From assembly GCA_963664115.2 (NCBI GenBank), contig CAXWPJ010000002.1, positions 1,024,001 to 1,088,000 on the forward strand: 64,000 nt of DNA, read 5' to 3'. Shown piece after piece: positions 8,961-19,742 of this stretch. Source of the stretch: Terriglobia bacterium. GTDB lineage: Bacteria > Acidobacteriota > Terriglobia > 20CM-2-55-15. A program made the translations under genes and the position numbers. Numbering within the stretch: the first letter of the stretch is position 1; each line of letters begins with the position of its first letter. Below the pieces are notes generated by a model. It had not been told where the DNA came from. It ran no database searches and was given only the letters and a program-made list of their open reading frames with translations.

Positions 8961-10103
8961 TTATTCGGGTTGTGCGGATTCGGGCGGTTCCGGATTGAGT
9001 TCTTTTCGTGTAAGCGATTGATTTAGCTTAAGTTGTATGAATTCCAGTTCGTCCGGACCACTGAAAATGAGACCCGGGTGGTGATTTATCATGTAGATAC
9101 GGAAACTGACGAATAGCACGCTGAAGACCACCGTAAAAGCCAGCGCAACTGCTATGAATTCGAAGATGGTCAGAATCATTTCGGGCAGCGTCAGAGGATC
9201 CGGAAGCGTCTCCGTCCACGTCACCTCCGATTGATAACTGAGAGCCGACATGATGGCCTCAGACAGATCGTCGCTGTCGCTATTGATGAGTATGGCAAAG
9301 AGAGGCCCGGATCTCCCATTGGGCAAATTACCGTCGAAGGTTTGAAGCCAAGCTTCAGAATGCCGCCGCGCCAGTTGTTGTGTCGGATAGAGCAACATGG
9401 CGAGTTGTCCTCGACCGCTCGGCTGTATGTAATCGGCAAGGGCGACTTCCACGCTGTTGTCAAAGCCGAGCGCGGCAGGATCGAGGCCTGTGAGGGTCTC
9501 GAAAGCAGCCGATGTCAGGATATATTTCTCAGACTCTGTGACCCGGCCTTCCGCCGGTAAGAGCAGCGACACGGGGGCCTTTCTCGATCGACCGATAATG
9601 TTGTCGGCGATTATCTTGCCCATGGCATCCATGAGCTGGGGCGCGCCTTCCAGTCGGACCACGTAACTGGATTGCCAGAGAACGAGCATATTGTTTGTGC
9701 GATAGCTCTCAGCTCCGACGACCGCCGGCTCGAAGCCCGGCCCCTGCCAATCACGCTCCAACGCGAAGAGACCATAAGAAGCCGTGGAGTCGTTCATTTC
9801 GAAGAGCGTGATTTCCACCCTCCCATCGTTCGAAGTGAGTCCCACCTGAGAAGCTCCAATCAGGCCGAAATCGAGGACGCTTGAGACATTATCCCCGACC
9901 AGGATTTCGACATCGCCGGTAGTGAACTCGATGGGTTCGGCTTCGAGGCTCCAGGCAGGATCCTCCAGTATCAAGCTGATAAGAGTTTCCCGGTTCTGGG
10001 CCGCGACGTGAACGGAGATCAAAAGAATGGCCGCAACAGTCTTTGCTAGATTTAATAGGAAACTGGAGGTCATCGTAGGTTTAACAGCCTGTGGCACGGC
10101 CAC
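8961..10103 (-). CDS. Exported/membrane-anchored hypothetical protein (DUF6599-like)
   Basis: N-terminal signal peptide, FEMNDSTASYGLF and LYPTQQLA motifs, C-terminal TM helix; family from recall. Confidence 0.6.
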   Translation of the reverse strand: MAVPQAVKPTMTSSFLLNLAKTVAAILLISVHVAAQNRETLISLILEDPAWSLEAEPIEFTTGDVEILVGDNVSSVLDFGLIGASQVGLTSNDGRVEITLFEMNDSTASYGLFALERDWQGPGFEPAVVGAESYRTNNMLVLWQSSYVVRLEGAPQLMDAMGKIIADNIIGRSRKAPVSLLLPAEGRVTESEKYILTSAAFETLTGLDPAALGFDNSVEVALADYIQPSGRGQLAMLLYPTQQLARRHSEAWLQTFDGNLPNGRSGPLFAILINSDSDDLSEAIMSALSYQSEVTWTETLPDPLTLPEMILTIFEFIAVALAFTVVFSVLFVSFRIYMINHHPGLIFSGPDELEFIQLKLNQSLTRKELNPEPPESAQPE

Positions 10104-10130
10104 CGAGGGTTGTCCTCAGGCTGTAAGAAT

Positions 10131-11804
10131 TCAGTCCCGAGCCTGGGCCGTCTCGAAGCCGCTCAGGGTGTCCGAGTACGATTTTACACCTTCAAAGAGA
10201 GCATCGGTAATTTGTTCCCGGCGTTCTGCCCCTTTGAGCAGACGTTCGTCGTCGGGATTGCTGATGAAGGAGACTTCAGCGAGGATCGAAGGCATGTTGG
10301 CGCCGATCAGCACCACAAACGGAGCCTGCTTCACGCCCCGGTCTCTCCCGAAGTCGGGCGTGGTCGCCAGTGCCCGTTGCACATGGGTAGCGAATTCTCT
10401 CGATTCATCCACCTTGTCCCGAAGCATGATCTTGCTGACAATATCCTGGAGTTCAGAAATCGACTGAGCGGAAGCCGCGTTTTCACGCGCGGCGATTTCC
10501 GAACCCTCGCGGGTGGTCGCGAAATTGAGGAAGTAGGTTTCAAATCCTCGGATAGACTGACTGTTACTAGCGTTGGCGTGTATGGATAGAAACAGGTCTG
10601 CTTCTGCCTGATTCGCCATGGCCGTTCGGGTTTCCAGCGGTACAAAGGAATCGTTTTCGCGTGTCAGGACGACTTCTGCGTCCAGCTCTGCTTCGATCCG
10701 CTCTTTGAGACGACGTGCAATATCGAGAACCAGGTCCTTTTCAGTGAGCCCACTTGGACCGATCGTTCCCGTATCGCGCCCACCATGGCCCGGATCGATA
10801 ACAACACGCGCTACCTTCAATCCCAGGCTGCGAATGAGGGAATGGTCTCCGTTTTCCGTCGGTTGCGCCAACCTTAGCGTGCGCTCCTCGCTTGCCTCGG
10901 TGAGTTCCGCCCCAGCCGCAGGTCGGGTTTCAGCCGCGACAGCGGTCGCTTCGGGCTCAGGTTCCGGCGCTGGCAGCGGCTCCTCTGCTGCGGGTTGGCC
11001 GGTGGCGCCCAGAACGTCGATGACCAGCCGATTGGGATCACGAAGCGTGAAGGTTGTCACGTTGCTCAGCTGAACCAGGTCGAGGACAACGCGGACGGTA
11101 TCCGAGTCGTACTGGCCCACGCGGATGTTCTCCAGCATGACCGATGCGACCGGCAGGGCGCGTTTCTCAAGCGATGCCCCGACCCGAGAGTTCGCCAGGT
11201 CGATGAAAACCCGCGGCGGGTCTTGAACCTCACCCCTGGTAAAGGCTGGTTCTCCAATCATATCGACGACCACCCGCACCGATTTCAGTGACTCCCAGTA
11301 ACGGATGTTTTCTATGGAAACTGTCTCCGGCGATTGAGCGGGCTCGGCCCTGTCCTCGGAGACGACTCGAGCCGCTTCGACTGTCTCTTCATTCCGGCGG
11401 TTCATGCGCTCGATGTCAGTACGGGCAGTGGGCAGAAATCGGGACGAAGGATATTCCCGGATCAGGAATCGAAGCGTCGTGATCGCATCTTTCGGATCTT
11501 GGATTTCTTCATAGAGCGCTGCGATATTGACAAGGGAGTCGTCTGCGTAGCCGGTGTGAGGTGTGATCAGGTAGACGCGCTCATAAAGCCGAATCACCCG
11601 CAAAATTTCGGCTCGGGATCGATCTGCGGCGGGTTTTTCTTTGAGAGCTATTTCCTCTTTCTGCGCCGTCTGGTAGGCCTCGACTGCCTGGGCTCGCAAA
11701 GGGGATTGCGACCAGGCAGCAGTTGCAGAGAGCAGCCCTGCCAACAGCACCGAGAAGAGCTTGGACAGTCGCACTCGCTCCGGTGGTCGGGGGTTTATAA
11801 TCAC
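10131..11804 (-). CDS. N-acetylmuramoyl-L-alanine amidase (TPR + AMIN + Amidase_3)
   Basis: VVIDPGHGG, EKDLVL, LSIHANA, SILAEVSF zinc motifs; AMIN-like RVVLDL...PNRLVID segments; signal peptide. Confidence 0.92.
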   Translation of the reverse strand: MIINPRPPERVRLSKLFSVLLAGLLSATAAWSQSPLRAQAVEAYQTAQKEEIALKEKPAADRSRAEILRVIRLYERVYLITPHTGYADDSLVNIAALYEEIQDPKDAITTLRFLIREYPSSRFLPTARTDIERMNRRNEETVEAARVVSEDRAEPAQSPETVSIENIRYWESLKSVRVVVDMIGEPAFTRGEVQDPPRVFIDLANSRVGASLEKRALPVASVMLENIRVGQYDSDTVRVVLDLVQLSNVTTFTLRDPNRLVIDVLGATGQPAAEEPLPAPEPEPEATAVAAETRPAAGAELTEASEERTLRLAQPTENGDHSLIRSLGLKVARVVIDPGHGGRDTGTIGPSGLTEKDLVLDIARRLKERIEAELDAEVVLTRENDSFVPLETRTAMANQAEADLFLSIHANASNSQSIRGFETYFLNFATTREGSEIAARENAASAQSISELQDIVSKIMLRDKVDESREFATHVQRALATTPDFGRDRGVKQAPFVVLIGANMPSILAEVSFISNPDDERLLKGAERREQITDALFEGVKSYSDTLSGFETAQARD

Positions 11805-11813
11805 AGGCGATCG

Positions 11814-12584
11814 CTACTCGACGTTCGAGAAACGCAATACTCCGCGGTCATCGACCGTGGTTGAAATTGCCCGGCTCGCCGGCGCTTGCACTGCGGCCTG
11901 GCTGGGCGCGTTGGCGGCCGGTTCGGGAATCGCCCGAGCTGGAGGCAGAACATCGGCAACGGATTGGATCCTCCCGCTCTGGCCGCCACGACGGCTGTAG
12001 GCAGACTTTACCTTTCGGACGTAGTCCTGGGTTTCCGGTATGTTAGGTATTCGACCCAGTCGTGCCACACGGTTTTCACCTGAGTTGTATGCGGCCAGCG
12101 ACAAATCAAGGTTCCCCTGGAACATCTCCAACAGGAGTCTTAAATAGCGGACACCGCCGTCTATGTTTTGAGCCGGATCGAAGAAATCGCGGACTCCAAA
12201 TCGTGCGCCTGTTGCCGGAATCAGTTGCATCAGTCCCATCGCCCCCTTTGGGGAGACAGCGCGCCTATTGAAATTGGATTCAATTTCTATTACTGACCGA
12301 ACCAGCGTCGCATCGACTCCGTGTCTGGCCGAGATACTGTCGATAAGGGAGTCCAGTGGATTGGCAGGATTGGAGGCTGCAATCCGACCGGGTAATGTCG
12401 TTGGGTTTCGAACAGCTGTCGTGGGCTCGATGGCGGTTCGGCTGTTAATGGCTAGGTTCGTGAACACGATCTTTCCGTCGGTGCTGACAATTGCTGAAAT
12501 ACGGTTCTGTCCCCAGGCCTCCTCGGCAACGCTCAGGGCAGCAACGGTCAGACCGATCGCGAAAAGCCATCGAATGTTATGCAT
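11814..12584 (-). CDS. Lytic transglycosylase (SLT domain)
   Basis: IESNFN, AVSPKGAMGLMQL, AAYNSG, ETQDYV; start moved to ATG 12584 to avoid overlap with alaS. Confidence 0.9.
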   Translation of the reverse strand: MHNIRWLFAIGLTVAALSVAEEAWGQNRISAIVSTDGKIVFTNLAINSRTAIEPTTAVRNPTTLPGRIAASNPANPLDSLIDSISARHGVDATLVRSVIEIESNFNRRAVSPKGAMGLMQLIPATGARFGVRDFFDPAQNIDGGVRYLRLLLEMFQGNLDLSLAAYNSGENRVARLGRIPNIPETQDYVRKVKSAYSRRGGQSGRIQSVADVLPPARAIPEPAANAPSQAAVQAPASRAISTTVDDRGVLRFSNVE

Positions 12585-12603
12585 AACCACTACAGACGGT
12601 GGT

Positions 12604-15243
12604 CTAGCCCACCAAATCTCCCACGATATTGTACACTTCTTGTAAAGCCTGATCCAGCTTTCCGGGTTCTTTGCCCCCGGCTTGGGCGAAGTCAGCTCGG
12701 CCTCCACCGCTGCCTCCGACCAGAGCGGCCACCTGCTTGATGATCGTTCCAGCGTGGAGTTGGCCTTGCAGGTCTTCCGATACTGAAGTCACCAGCGTTG
12801 CTTTTCCGTCGGAGGCCATGCCGAGGACCACGATGCCTGAACCCATTTTCCGACGCAGGTTTTCAGCCAATTCGCGCATCAGCGCCGCGTCGACCCCGTC
12901 TACCTTCTGAGACACGACACGGACGCCCGATACTGTGTTTTCAGCCTGGAGCAGATCGTCGAGCCTGGAATTGGCACCTTTGCGCTTCAGGCCTGCTAAC
13001 TCAGTTTCAGTCTGCTTTTGCTGATCGAGAATCTTCTCGATGGTTCGTGCCAGCTCGGAGCGCGGTGTCTTGAGCCGCTCCGTCAGCGCATCGAGGAGCT
13101 GTTCGTCTTCACCGAGCCGTTCATAGCTGCCCTGACCCGTGACCGCTTCGAGGCGGCGGATTCCGGAGGCGATGCTGCCCTCCGAAACGATTTTGAACAG
13201 ACCGATGTCGCCGGTCCGTGTCGTGTGCGTCCCGCCGCAGAGCTCGCTGCTAACCCCAGGCACCGAAACGACACGTACTTTTTGCTGATATTTCTCACCA
13301 AAGAAAGCAATGGCCCCCGATTCGACAGCCGCGTTGAGCTCCATGATTTCGGTCCCGACCGGGTGATTCTCAAGGATGACGCGGTTGATGTTTCCTTCGA
13401 TGTCCTCGATCTCAGCTCTACCGAGCGCGGCGTAGTGCGTGTAATCGAATCGCAGGCGGTTCGGGGCCACCAATGAGCCTGCTTGCTTGACATGCACGCC
13501 CAGGGCACTCCGTAGTGCGGCATGGAGCAGGTGGGTTCCGGTGTGGTTGGCTGCGATTCGTTTCCTCCGCGGGGCATCGACCCGGGCTTCAACCTCTTCA
13601 CCCACCGAGAGTTTTCCGACTTCAACCTCCACGCGGTGGACTGTGAGCCCGTGCGCGGGTGAAATGGTGTCGACCACCCGGACGGCCCCATTCGGAGAAG
13701 TCAAACCCCCGATGTCGCCGACCTGCCCCCCGGATTCGGCGTAGAAGGGGGTTTCCGACAGAATGACCTCCGCCTCCCCGCCCTTGCCTTCCACCGTCTG
13801 GATGGACTCGTTGCCACGGACAATCCCCAACACACGGGCCCGGCCTTCGGTCGTGTCATATCCGAGAAATGTGGTCCCGCCCTCTGTGAGGAACTTTTCG
13901 TAAGCCGCCGACGTCCTTTGACTGCCTTTCCAGCTCTCTTTCGCCCGTTTTTTCTGCTTTTCCAACGCCGCGTTGAAACCGTCGGCATCGAGACCCAGGG
14001 CCTTTTCTTCCGATATCTCTCGAATGAAATCCAGCGGCAGCCCGAAGGTGTCGTACAGCCTGAACACCTCCTGGCCGGCGATGACATCGCTTCCTGCGGC
14101 AAGCGTCTTTTCCGCTATTTCCTCCAGCTTGCCCACAGCCACGGATACTGTGGCTGAAAAACGCCGTTCCTCACTTTCGACAACCCGGGACACGTATTCA
14201 CGGCTGTTGACCAGATCGGGATAGGCGTCCTGCATCAGCTCCACGACATGTCCGGTCATGGTGTGGAGAAACGGTTCTTTGTGACCGAGGATGGTGCCTT
14301 GTCGAATCCCGCGGCGCATGATCTTCCGCAGTACGTATCCTCGACCCTCGTTGGACGGAATGATGCCGTCACTGATAAGAAATGTTGCGGACCGAACGTG
14401 GTCGGCAATGATTCTCAGTGACACATCGTTCGAGGGTGACTCCCCGTATCGCACACCGAACAGTTCGCCCCCACGATCGATCAGCGAGCGCAACAAGTCT
14501 GTGTCGAAAACGCTGATCTTGTCCTGCAAGACCGAAGCCATGCGCTCCAGTCCCATGCCCGTATCGATGGATGGTCGTGGGAGCGGGTTCAAATCACCGC
14601 TCTGGTTCCGGTCGAACTGCATGAAGACCAGATTCCAAATCTCGACGTATCGTCCGCACTCGCAGGGGAATTCGCAGTCGGTGTGGTTTCGTTCGCTCCC
14701 CCCGGCCCCGAAGTCGTAGTAGAGTTCTGAACAGGGGCCGCATGGTCCGGTCTCGCCCATCTGCCAGAAGTTGTCCTTTTCGTCCATCCGAACGATGCGT
14801 TCTGAGGCCACTCCGACGTGATCGTTCCACAAATTCGCAGCTTCGTCGTCCTCCCGGAACACAGTGACCCACAGTTTTTCGGGGGGCAAAGCGAATTCCT
14901 GGGTCAGGAGTTCCCACGCGAATTCCACCGCTTCTTTCTTGAAGTAGTCTCCAAACGAGAAGTTGCCCAGCATCTCAAAGAACGTGAGGTGTCGGCTCGT
15001 GTGCCCGACGTTGTCCAGATCGTTGTGTTTGCCACCGGCGCGGACGCATTTCTGAGCGCTGACCCCACGGGAGTAATCCCTGGTGTCCAACCCCAGGAAA
15101 ACGTCCTTGAACTGGTTCATGCCTGCGTTCACGAAAAGGAGTGTGGGATCCTCGGCGGGTATCAGCGACGAACTGGATACGCGTGTGTGACCGCGGTTCT
15201 CAAAAAACGTCAGAAACTTTTGCCGGACTTCGACGCTGTTCAT
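12604..15243 (-). CDS. alaS: Alanine--tRNA ligase
   Basis: DPTLLFVNAGMNQFK, FFEMLGNFSFGDYFK, HTGTHLLH, ELCGGTH, GGSGGG. Confidence 0.98.
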   Translation of the reverse strand: MNSVEVRQKFLTFFENRGHTRVSSSSLIPAEDPTLLFVNAGMNQFKDVFLGLDTRDYSRGVSAQKCVRAGGKHNDLDNVGHTSRHLTFFEMLGNFSFGDYFKKEAVEFAWELLTQEFALPPEKLWVTVFREDDEAANLWNDHVGVASERIVRMDEKDNFWQMGETGPCGPCSELYYDFGAGGSERNHTDCEFPCECGRYVEIWNLVFMQFDRNQSGDLNPLPRPSIDTGMGLERMASVLQDKISVFDTDLLRSLIDRGGELFGVRYGESPSNDVSLRIIADHVRSATFLISDGIIPSNEGRGYVLRKIMRRGIRQGTILGHKEPFLHTMTGHVVELMQDAYPDLVNSREYVSRVVESEERRFSATVSVAVGKLEEIAEKTLAAGSDVIAGQEVFRLYDTFGLPLDFIREISEEKALGLDADGFNAALEKQKKRAKESWKGSQRTSAAYEKFLTEGGTTFLGYDTTEGRARVLGIVRGNESIQTVEGKGGEAEVILSETPFYAESGGQVGDIGGLTSPNGAVRVVDTISPAHGLTVHRVEVEVGKLSVGEEVEARVDAPRRKRIAANHTGTHLLHAALRSALGVHVKQAGSLVAPNRLRFDYTHYAALGRAEIEDIEGNINRVILENHPVGTEIMELNAAVESGAIAFFGEKYQQKVRVVSVPGVSSELCGGTHTTRTGDIGLFKIVSEGSIASGIRRLEAVTGQGSYERLGEDEQLLDALTERLKTPRSELARTIEKILDQQKQTETELAGLKRKGANSRLDDLLQAENTVSGVRVVSQKVDGVDAALMRELAENLRRKMGSGIVVLGMASDGKATLVTSVSEDLQGQLHAGTIIKQVAALVGGSGGGRADFAQAGGKEPGKLDQALQEVYNIVGDLVG

Positions 15244-15665
15244 AGAAACTCTTCCATCTCACGGAGAATCTCCTCCGCATCATATCCAAGACGTTCCATG
15301 GACCTCGAAAGACGAGCCGCATCCTTCTTTCGAAGGGGGGAGTCGAGCTTCGAACTCTTCATTTTAGCCCTCAGGATTTCCCGGGCTGTAGGCCAATTCT
15401 CACTTTCTATAACTTCCCGAATAACGTCTGCAGGAACGCCGTGGCGCTCGAGGTCGGCTTCGAGCTGTAGTCGGCCCCGGCGTGTACGACTCCTTACGAA
15501 GTTTTCAGCGAAGCGGCGGTCATCGAGGAAACCCTCCAACCTTAAGCGTTCGATCACTTCTTCGGGAACGGTTTCGAACCGTTGTTCCAGCTTAAGGCAT
15601 AGTCGGTGAGTGCTGTAGTCACGGCCTGCCAGCAGTTTCAGGGCGTGGCCGTATATTTCCTTCAT
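15240..15665 (-). CDS. recX: Regulatory protein RecX
   Basis: ALKLLAGRDYS, GFLDDRRFA, RLGY; recX-alaS order; start placed at ATG 15665 (uncertain). Confidence 0.85.
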   Translation of the reverse strand: MKEIYGHALKLLAGRDYSTHRLCLKLEQRFETVPEEVIERLRLEGFLDDRRFAENFVRSRTRRGRLQLEADLERHGVPADVIREVIESENWPTAREILRAKMKSSKLDSPLRKKDAARLSRSMERLGYDAEEILREMEEFL

Positions 15666-15728
15666 GAAACTGAGATGGGTGACCCGGGTTAAGGATGTCT
15701 GAACCCGTGTCACTGCCGTTCGAGCAGG

Positions 15729-16646
15729 TCAGCCTACGGGGGTCAGCCAGCCCGCGGGCGCTGGACCGTTTCCGCTGACGATATCGAAAAATCGAGATTG
15801 GATCTGTTCGGTCACCGGGCCTCGCTTGCCCGTGCCGACTTCAATGCGGTCGACGGATCGAACGGGAGTGATTTCGGCCGCGGTTCCGGTGAAGAACAAT
15901 TCGTCGGCGATATACAGCCATTCGCGGGGAATTGCCTGCTCCCGAACCGTCAATCCAGATTCCTTCGAGATCGCCAGGACCGAGTCGCGAGTGATTCCGG
16001 CCAGAACGGACTGGGCGACGGCGGGTGTGTAAAGGATGCCATCACGGACCAGAAAGATGTTCTCACCGCTGCCTTCGCTCACAAAACCGTCTGTGTCCAG
16101 GGCGATGCCCTCAGCGTACCCGTTTGTTACGGCTTCGATCTTGATGAGCTGTGAATTCAGATAGTGGCCCGCTGCCTTTGCGGTCGCCGGAGACGAGTTT
16201 GCCGCGGATCGGGACCAGGTGGACACGCAAACATCCACTCCGGTCTCCAACGCTTCCTGTCCGAGATATGAGCCCCACTCCCACACCGCGATATAGGTGT
16301 CGATCGGGATTCCAGCCGGGTCGATACCCAGATGCCCGTACCCTCGCAGAACGATGGGGCGGATATAGCAGGCCTCCAGTTTATTAGCGCGAATCGTCTC
16401 CAGAACCGCTTCGGATAAAGCCGATTCGTGGTAGGCCATATCGAGCCTGTAAATTTTTGCAGAGTTTATTAATCTGCGAATATGAGCGTCCAACCTGAAC
16501 ACTACCGAACCCGCAGGGGTTTTATAGCAACGGATGCCCTCGAAGCAGGCCGAGCCGTAGTGGACGACATGCGAAAGCACGTGAATTTGGGCACTTTCCC
16601 AATCGATGAGTTCACCGTTACGCCAGATTTTTTCTGATCGAGTCAC
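15729..16646 (-). CDS. ilvE: Branched-chain amino acid aminotransferase
   Basis: HYGSACFEGIRCY, AKAAGHYLNS, EGSGENIF, LAGITR, FTGTAAEITP. Confidence 0.95.
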   Translation of the reverse strand: MTRSEKIWRNGELIDWESAQIHVLSHVVHYGSACFEGIRCYKTPAGSVVFRLDAHIRRLINSAKIYRLDMAYHESALSEAVLETIRANKLEACYIRPIVLRGYGHLGIDPAGIPIDTYIAVWEWGSYLGQEALETGVDVCVSTWSRSAANSSPATAKAAGHYLNSQLIKIEAVTNGYAEGIALDTDGFVSEGSGENIFLVRDGILYTPAVAQSVLAGITRDSVLAISKESGLTVREQAIPREWLYIADELFFTGTAAEITPVRSVDRIEVGTGKRGPVTEQIQSRFFDIVSGNGPAPAGWLTPVG

Positions 16647-16700
16647 GCGTCAATACCGGGATCAAAAGGTCCCTGACTCGCATGTTACACTGAGCCGACC

Positions 16701-17231
16701 ATGCTAACGGGGAAATTCCGCACGGGATTGGCTGTCTTACTGTTGGTAGGATTGATTGCGGGATGTGGCTATCGCTTGGCCGGAGAGCGTGTTGATTCAG
16801 GTGCAGGGCGGACCCTGGCCGTTCCTGTTTTTCGAAACCTCACAACGGACTTCAGGATCGAACAGCAGTTGACTGACGCCGTACGCCGCGAACTCATTCG
16901 GCGGACGCGCTATCGGGTGACACCGGCTGGGAATGGCGATGTCATTGTCGCAGGCGAAGTCCTGGACGTTACCTCGATTCCGATCATTTTCACCGACCAG
17001 GGGCGTGGTACGGCCTACACTGTTGCCGTTGCGCTGAGTGTCCGAGTGACCGATACCGCCGACGGCAGCATCCTGTTTCAAAACGACAGATGGACGTTCA
17101 GCGAGGTATTCGAGCTTTCGAACAACTCGGTAGAGTTTGTTCCTGAGGACTCTGCCGCAATCGATCGTCTGGCCGGTCAATTTGCGTCTTCACTGGTCGC
17201 GTCGCTCAATTACGCGAGCCGGAACCCGTGA
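16701..17231 (+). CDS. lptE: LPS assembly lipoprotein LptE-like
   Basis: Lipobox IAGC followed by GY; lies before holA as in the usual lptE-holA order. Confidence 0.75.
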   Translation: MLTGKFRTGLAVLLLVGLIAGCGYRLAGERVDSGAGRTLAVPVFRNLTTDFRIEQQLTDAVRRELIRRTRYRVTPAGNGDVIVAGEVLDVTSIPIIFTDQGRGTAYTVAVALSVRVTDTADGSILFQNDRWTFSEVFELSNNSVEFVPEDSAAIDRLAGQFASSLVASLNYASRNP

Positions 17232-18181
17232 AGTTTTCCCAATTTCGGCAACACACGCCCTCAAATCCCAGCCATGTCTACGTGTTCGCTTGCGAGGACG
17301 ACTTTCTAGTCGAGGAATCCAAGACGACGTGGGCCCGCATCTTCGGAGGGACGTGGGATTTTGAGAAGCGGACCGTAAAGGAATTCGAATCCATCGATTC
17401 ATCTGAGCTGATGGAGTCGGCCCTGAGCCCGCCGCTGTTCGGTCCGTCGCGAGCGATACTGGTTACAAACGCCGGCAAGATTACAAAGAAAAGACTGGAA
17501 GACATCGGGCGCATCGGAGAACTGCCTCAGTCCTGGCTGAAGATAGTCCTGGTGGTGCAATCCCGGCGTTCAATTATCCGCGCAAAGCCGGCGATTCCCG
17601 TAATCGAAATTGACCCTCTACGGGCTGGAGACACGGTTCGCTGGCTGCGTGAGGGCTACGGTGTGTCTGCTGATGTCGCGCGATATCTGGTCGACAATCT
17701 GGGGACGGAACTCCAGACGCTCCATGCGGAAATGGAGAAGCTGACGATCTATCTGCGCGGAGCCCGTCCGCCGGAAATCCTGGACGTTGACCAGTTGATC
17801 CTGCGTTCGGAACAATTCGGCCCGTTCGAACTCGACGATGCCTTTTTAGGCGGCGACTACTCCCGGGCCGTGCGTGTGGTGGGTGCGATGATCGACGAAG
17901 GCGTCGTTCCTGTCCTGATCCTGTCCAGGATCGTTCGGGTCTGGCGGCAGATATTCGTGGGAAAGGTGCTGGAGGGGCGAGTTCCATCTGGCGACATTGC
18001 CAAGGCGGCCTCAATACCCCCCTGGAAAGCGGCTACCCTCGTCAACGCGTGCAGGCAATTCCAGTTGGAACACGTCGTTGAAGGTTTCGCCGTACTCCTC
18101 CGGGCGGATCGGGCGTTTAAGACCTCCTCCCCACATCCGGAACTCTATTTTGACGCGATGCTGTGGAAACTGATGCGGTGA
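17228..18181 (+). CDS. holA: DNA polymerase III delta subunit
   Basis: YVFACEDDFL, PLFG, EMEKL, D-x-x-x-KTS pattern; convergent with rpsT. Confidence 0.85.
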   Translation: MKFSQFRQHTPSNPSHVYVFACEDDFLVEESKTTWARIFGGTWDFEKRTVKEFESIDSSELMESALSPPLFGPSRAILVTNAGKITKKRLEDIGRIGELPQSWLKIVLVVQSRRSIIRAKPAIPVIEIDPLRAGDTVRWLREGYGVSADVARYLVDNLGTELQTLHAEMEKLTIYLRGARPPEILDVDQLILRSEQFGPFELDDAFLGGDYSRAVRVVGAMIDEGVVPVLILSRIVRVWRQIFVGKVLEGRVPSGDIAKAASIPPWKAATLVNACRQFQLEHVVEGFAVLLRADRAFKTSSPHPELYFDAMLWKLMR

Positions 18182-18239
18182 CAGCGGACGGACCCGACCT
18201 GGCTTCACAGGGGATTGCAAAGCGGCATCAAGAGAGCTT

Positions 18240-18506
18240 TTAAGCGGCTATGGCGTTGGCGCGACGGTTCATTCTGGACTTGTAGCGCCGGGCCGTGTTG
18301 GCCTTAATCACGCCTTTTTGTACGGACTTGTCGATCAGGCTGAAGGTCTTCCGCAGCACGGTCCGGGCCTCGTCATTCTTGCCGTCTGAGATCGCCGTTC
18401 TCAGCTTCTTGAGTTGGGTCTTCAATTTCTGGCGGTTCATCTGATTAATGAGCCGTCGACTTTGATTCTGCCTGTTCCGCTTGAGTGCGGATGCATGGTT
18501 TGCCAT
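18240..18506 (-). CDS. rpsT: 30S ribosomal protein S20
   Basis: MANHASALKR, KGVIKANTARRYKSR. Confidence 0.97.
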   Translation of the reverse strand: MANHASALKRNRQNQSRRLINQMNRQKLKTQLKKLRTAISDGKNDEARTVLRKTFSLIDKSVQKGVIKANTARRYKSRMNRRANAIAA

Positions 18507-18737
18507 CTATGGATCACCTCAAACCCCGTATGGTAGCAGTCTGCACTCTTTTCAGTCAATGCAGGGGCGGAAGCTTAGGGGATGCTGGAGTCGCTTCCGA
18601 AGTCGCTTCCTCATGGACCCCAGAGGCTCGGCTGTTGGAAAGACACCAACAAGGCTTTCCGCTACGGCCTTCCAGAGACGGCCTGTTCTCTTCGATCCGC
18701 ATGATATAATTCGTGCCAGAAACATAACTCGCCAAGA

Positions 18738-19742
18738 ATGAAAAAGACCATCCCCATCGGCGAAGGTGTCGCCGACCTGTTCGGTACTTACGACAGCAAC
18801 ATTAAGTATTTGGAATCCGTGCTCGGTGTCGAGGTCCGTATTGCGGAACACAATTTGACCGTGGAAGGCGACGATGCCGATGTCAGACTCGTGGACAGTA
18901 TCATTCAGGACTACGCCAGAGTTCGGGCTGAGGGCGTGAAGCTTTCCGAAGAGGACTTGAAATCCGTCATTCGGATAGTCTCGGAAGACAATTCCGTCAC
19001 CCTGCGCCAGGTGGTTAGCGAACCCCGCCAGTTTCAAATCGGGAAGCGGAACGTTTCACCGAAGACGCTCAATCAAAAGATCTATATGGAAGCCATTGAC
19101 CGATATGACATGGTCTTTGGTGTGGGTCCGGCCGGGACCGGCAAGACCTATCTGGCCGTCAGTATGGCTGTACGGGAACTTCTGGCAAAGCGCGTCAGCC
19201 GTATAGTCCTGACGCGGCCGGCGGTTGAGGCCGGTGAGCGGCTGGGATTCCTTCCGGGGACTCTGGAAGAAAAGGTCGATCCTTACCTGCGTCCGCTCTA
19301 TGACGCCCTCTATGACTTGCTGGACACCGAACGGGTCGAACGGTATCTCGACCGCCGTGTGATCGAAATCGCCCCGATTGCTTTCATGCGGGGGCGAACC
19401 CTGGACGATGCTTTCGTCATTCTCGATGAGGCGCAGAACACGACGCCCGAGCAAATGAAGATGTTTTTGACTCGAATCGGACGGTCCTCCAAGGCAGTGA
19501 TCAATGGGGACGTCACGCAAGTCGACTTGCCCTTCGGGAAACGGTCCGGGTTAATCGAAGCACGGCAAGTGCTGTCGGGAATCGAGGGCATCGTCTTTGT
19601 GTCGTTCGACGGACGCGATGTGGTTCGCCACCGTTTGATTGCGGATATCGTGCGGGCTTACGAGGAGTTCGGCGCCGATAATGGTGCGGGTCAGGGTTCG
19701 CTGGAGTTCAGATCGCCGGAAGCCAAGGTCGAGGCGGGCTGA
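18738..19742 (+). CDS. phoH: PhoH-family ATPase (YbeZ-like)
   Basis: GPAGTGKT, RPAVEAGERLGFLPG, FMRGRTL, DEAQN. Confidence 0.95.
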   Translation: MKKTIPIGEGVADLFGTYDSNIKYLESVLGVEVRIAEHNLTVEGDDADVRLVDSIIQDYARVRAEGVKLSEEDLKSVIRIVSEDNSVTLRQVVSEPRQFQIGKRNVSPKTLNQKIYMEAIDRYDMVFGVGPAGTGKTYLAVSMAVRELLAKRVSRIVLTRPAVEAGERLGFLPGTLEEKVDPYLRPLYDALYDLLDTERVERYLDRRVIEIAPIAFMRGRTLDDAFVILDEAQNTTPEQMKMFLTRIGRSSKAVINGDVTQVDLPFGKRSGLIEARQVLSGIEGIVFVSFDGRDVVRHRLIADIVRAYEEFGADNGAGQGSLEFRSPEAKVEAG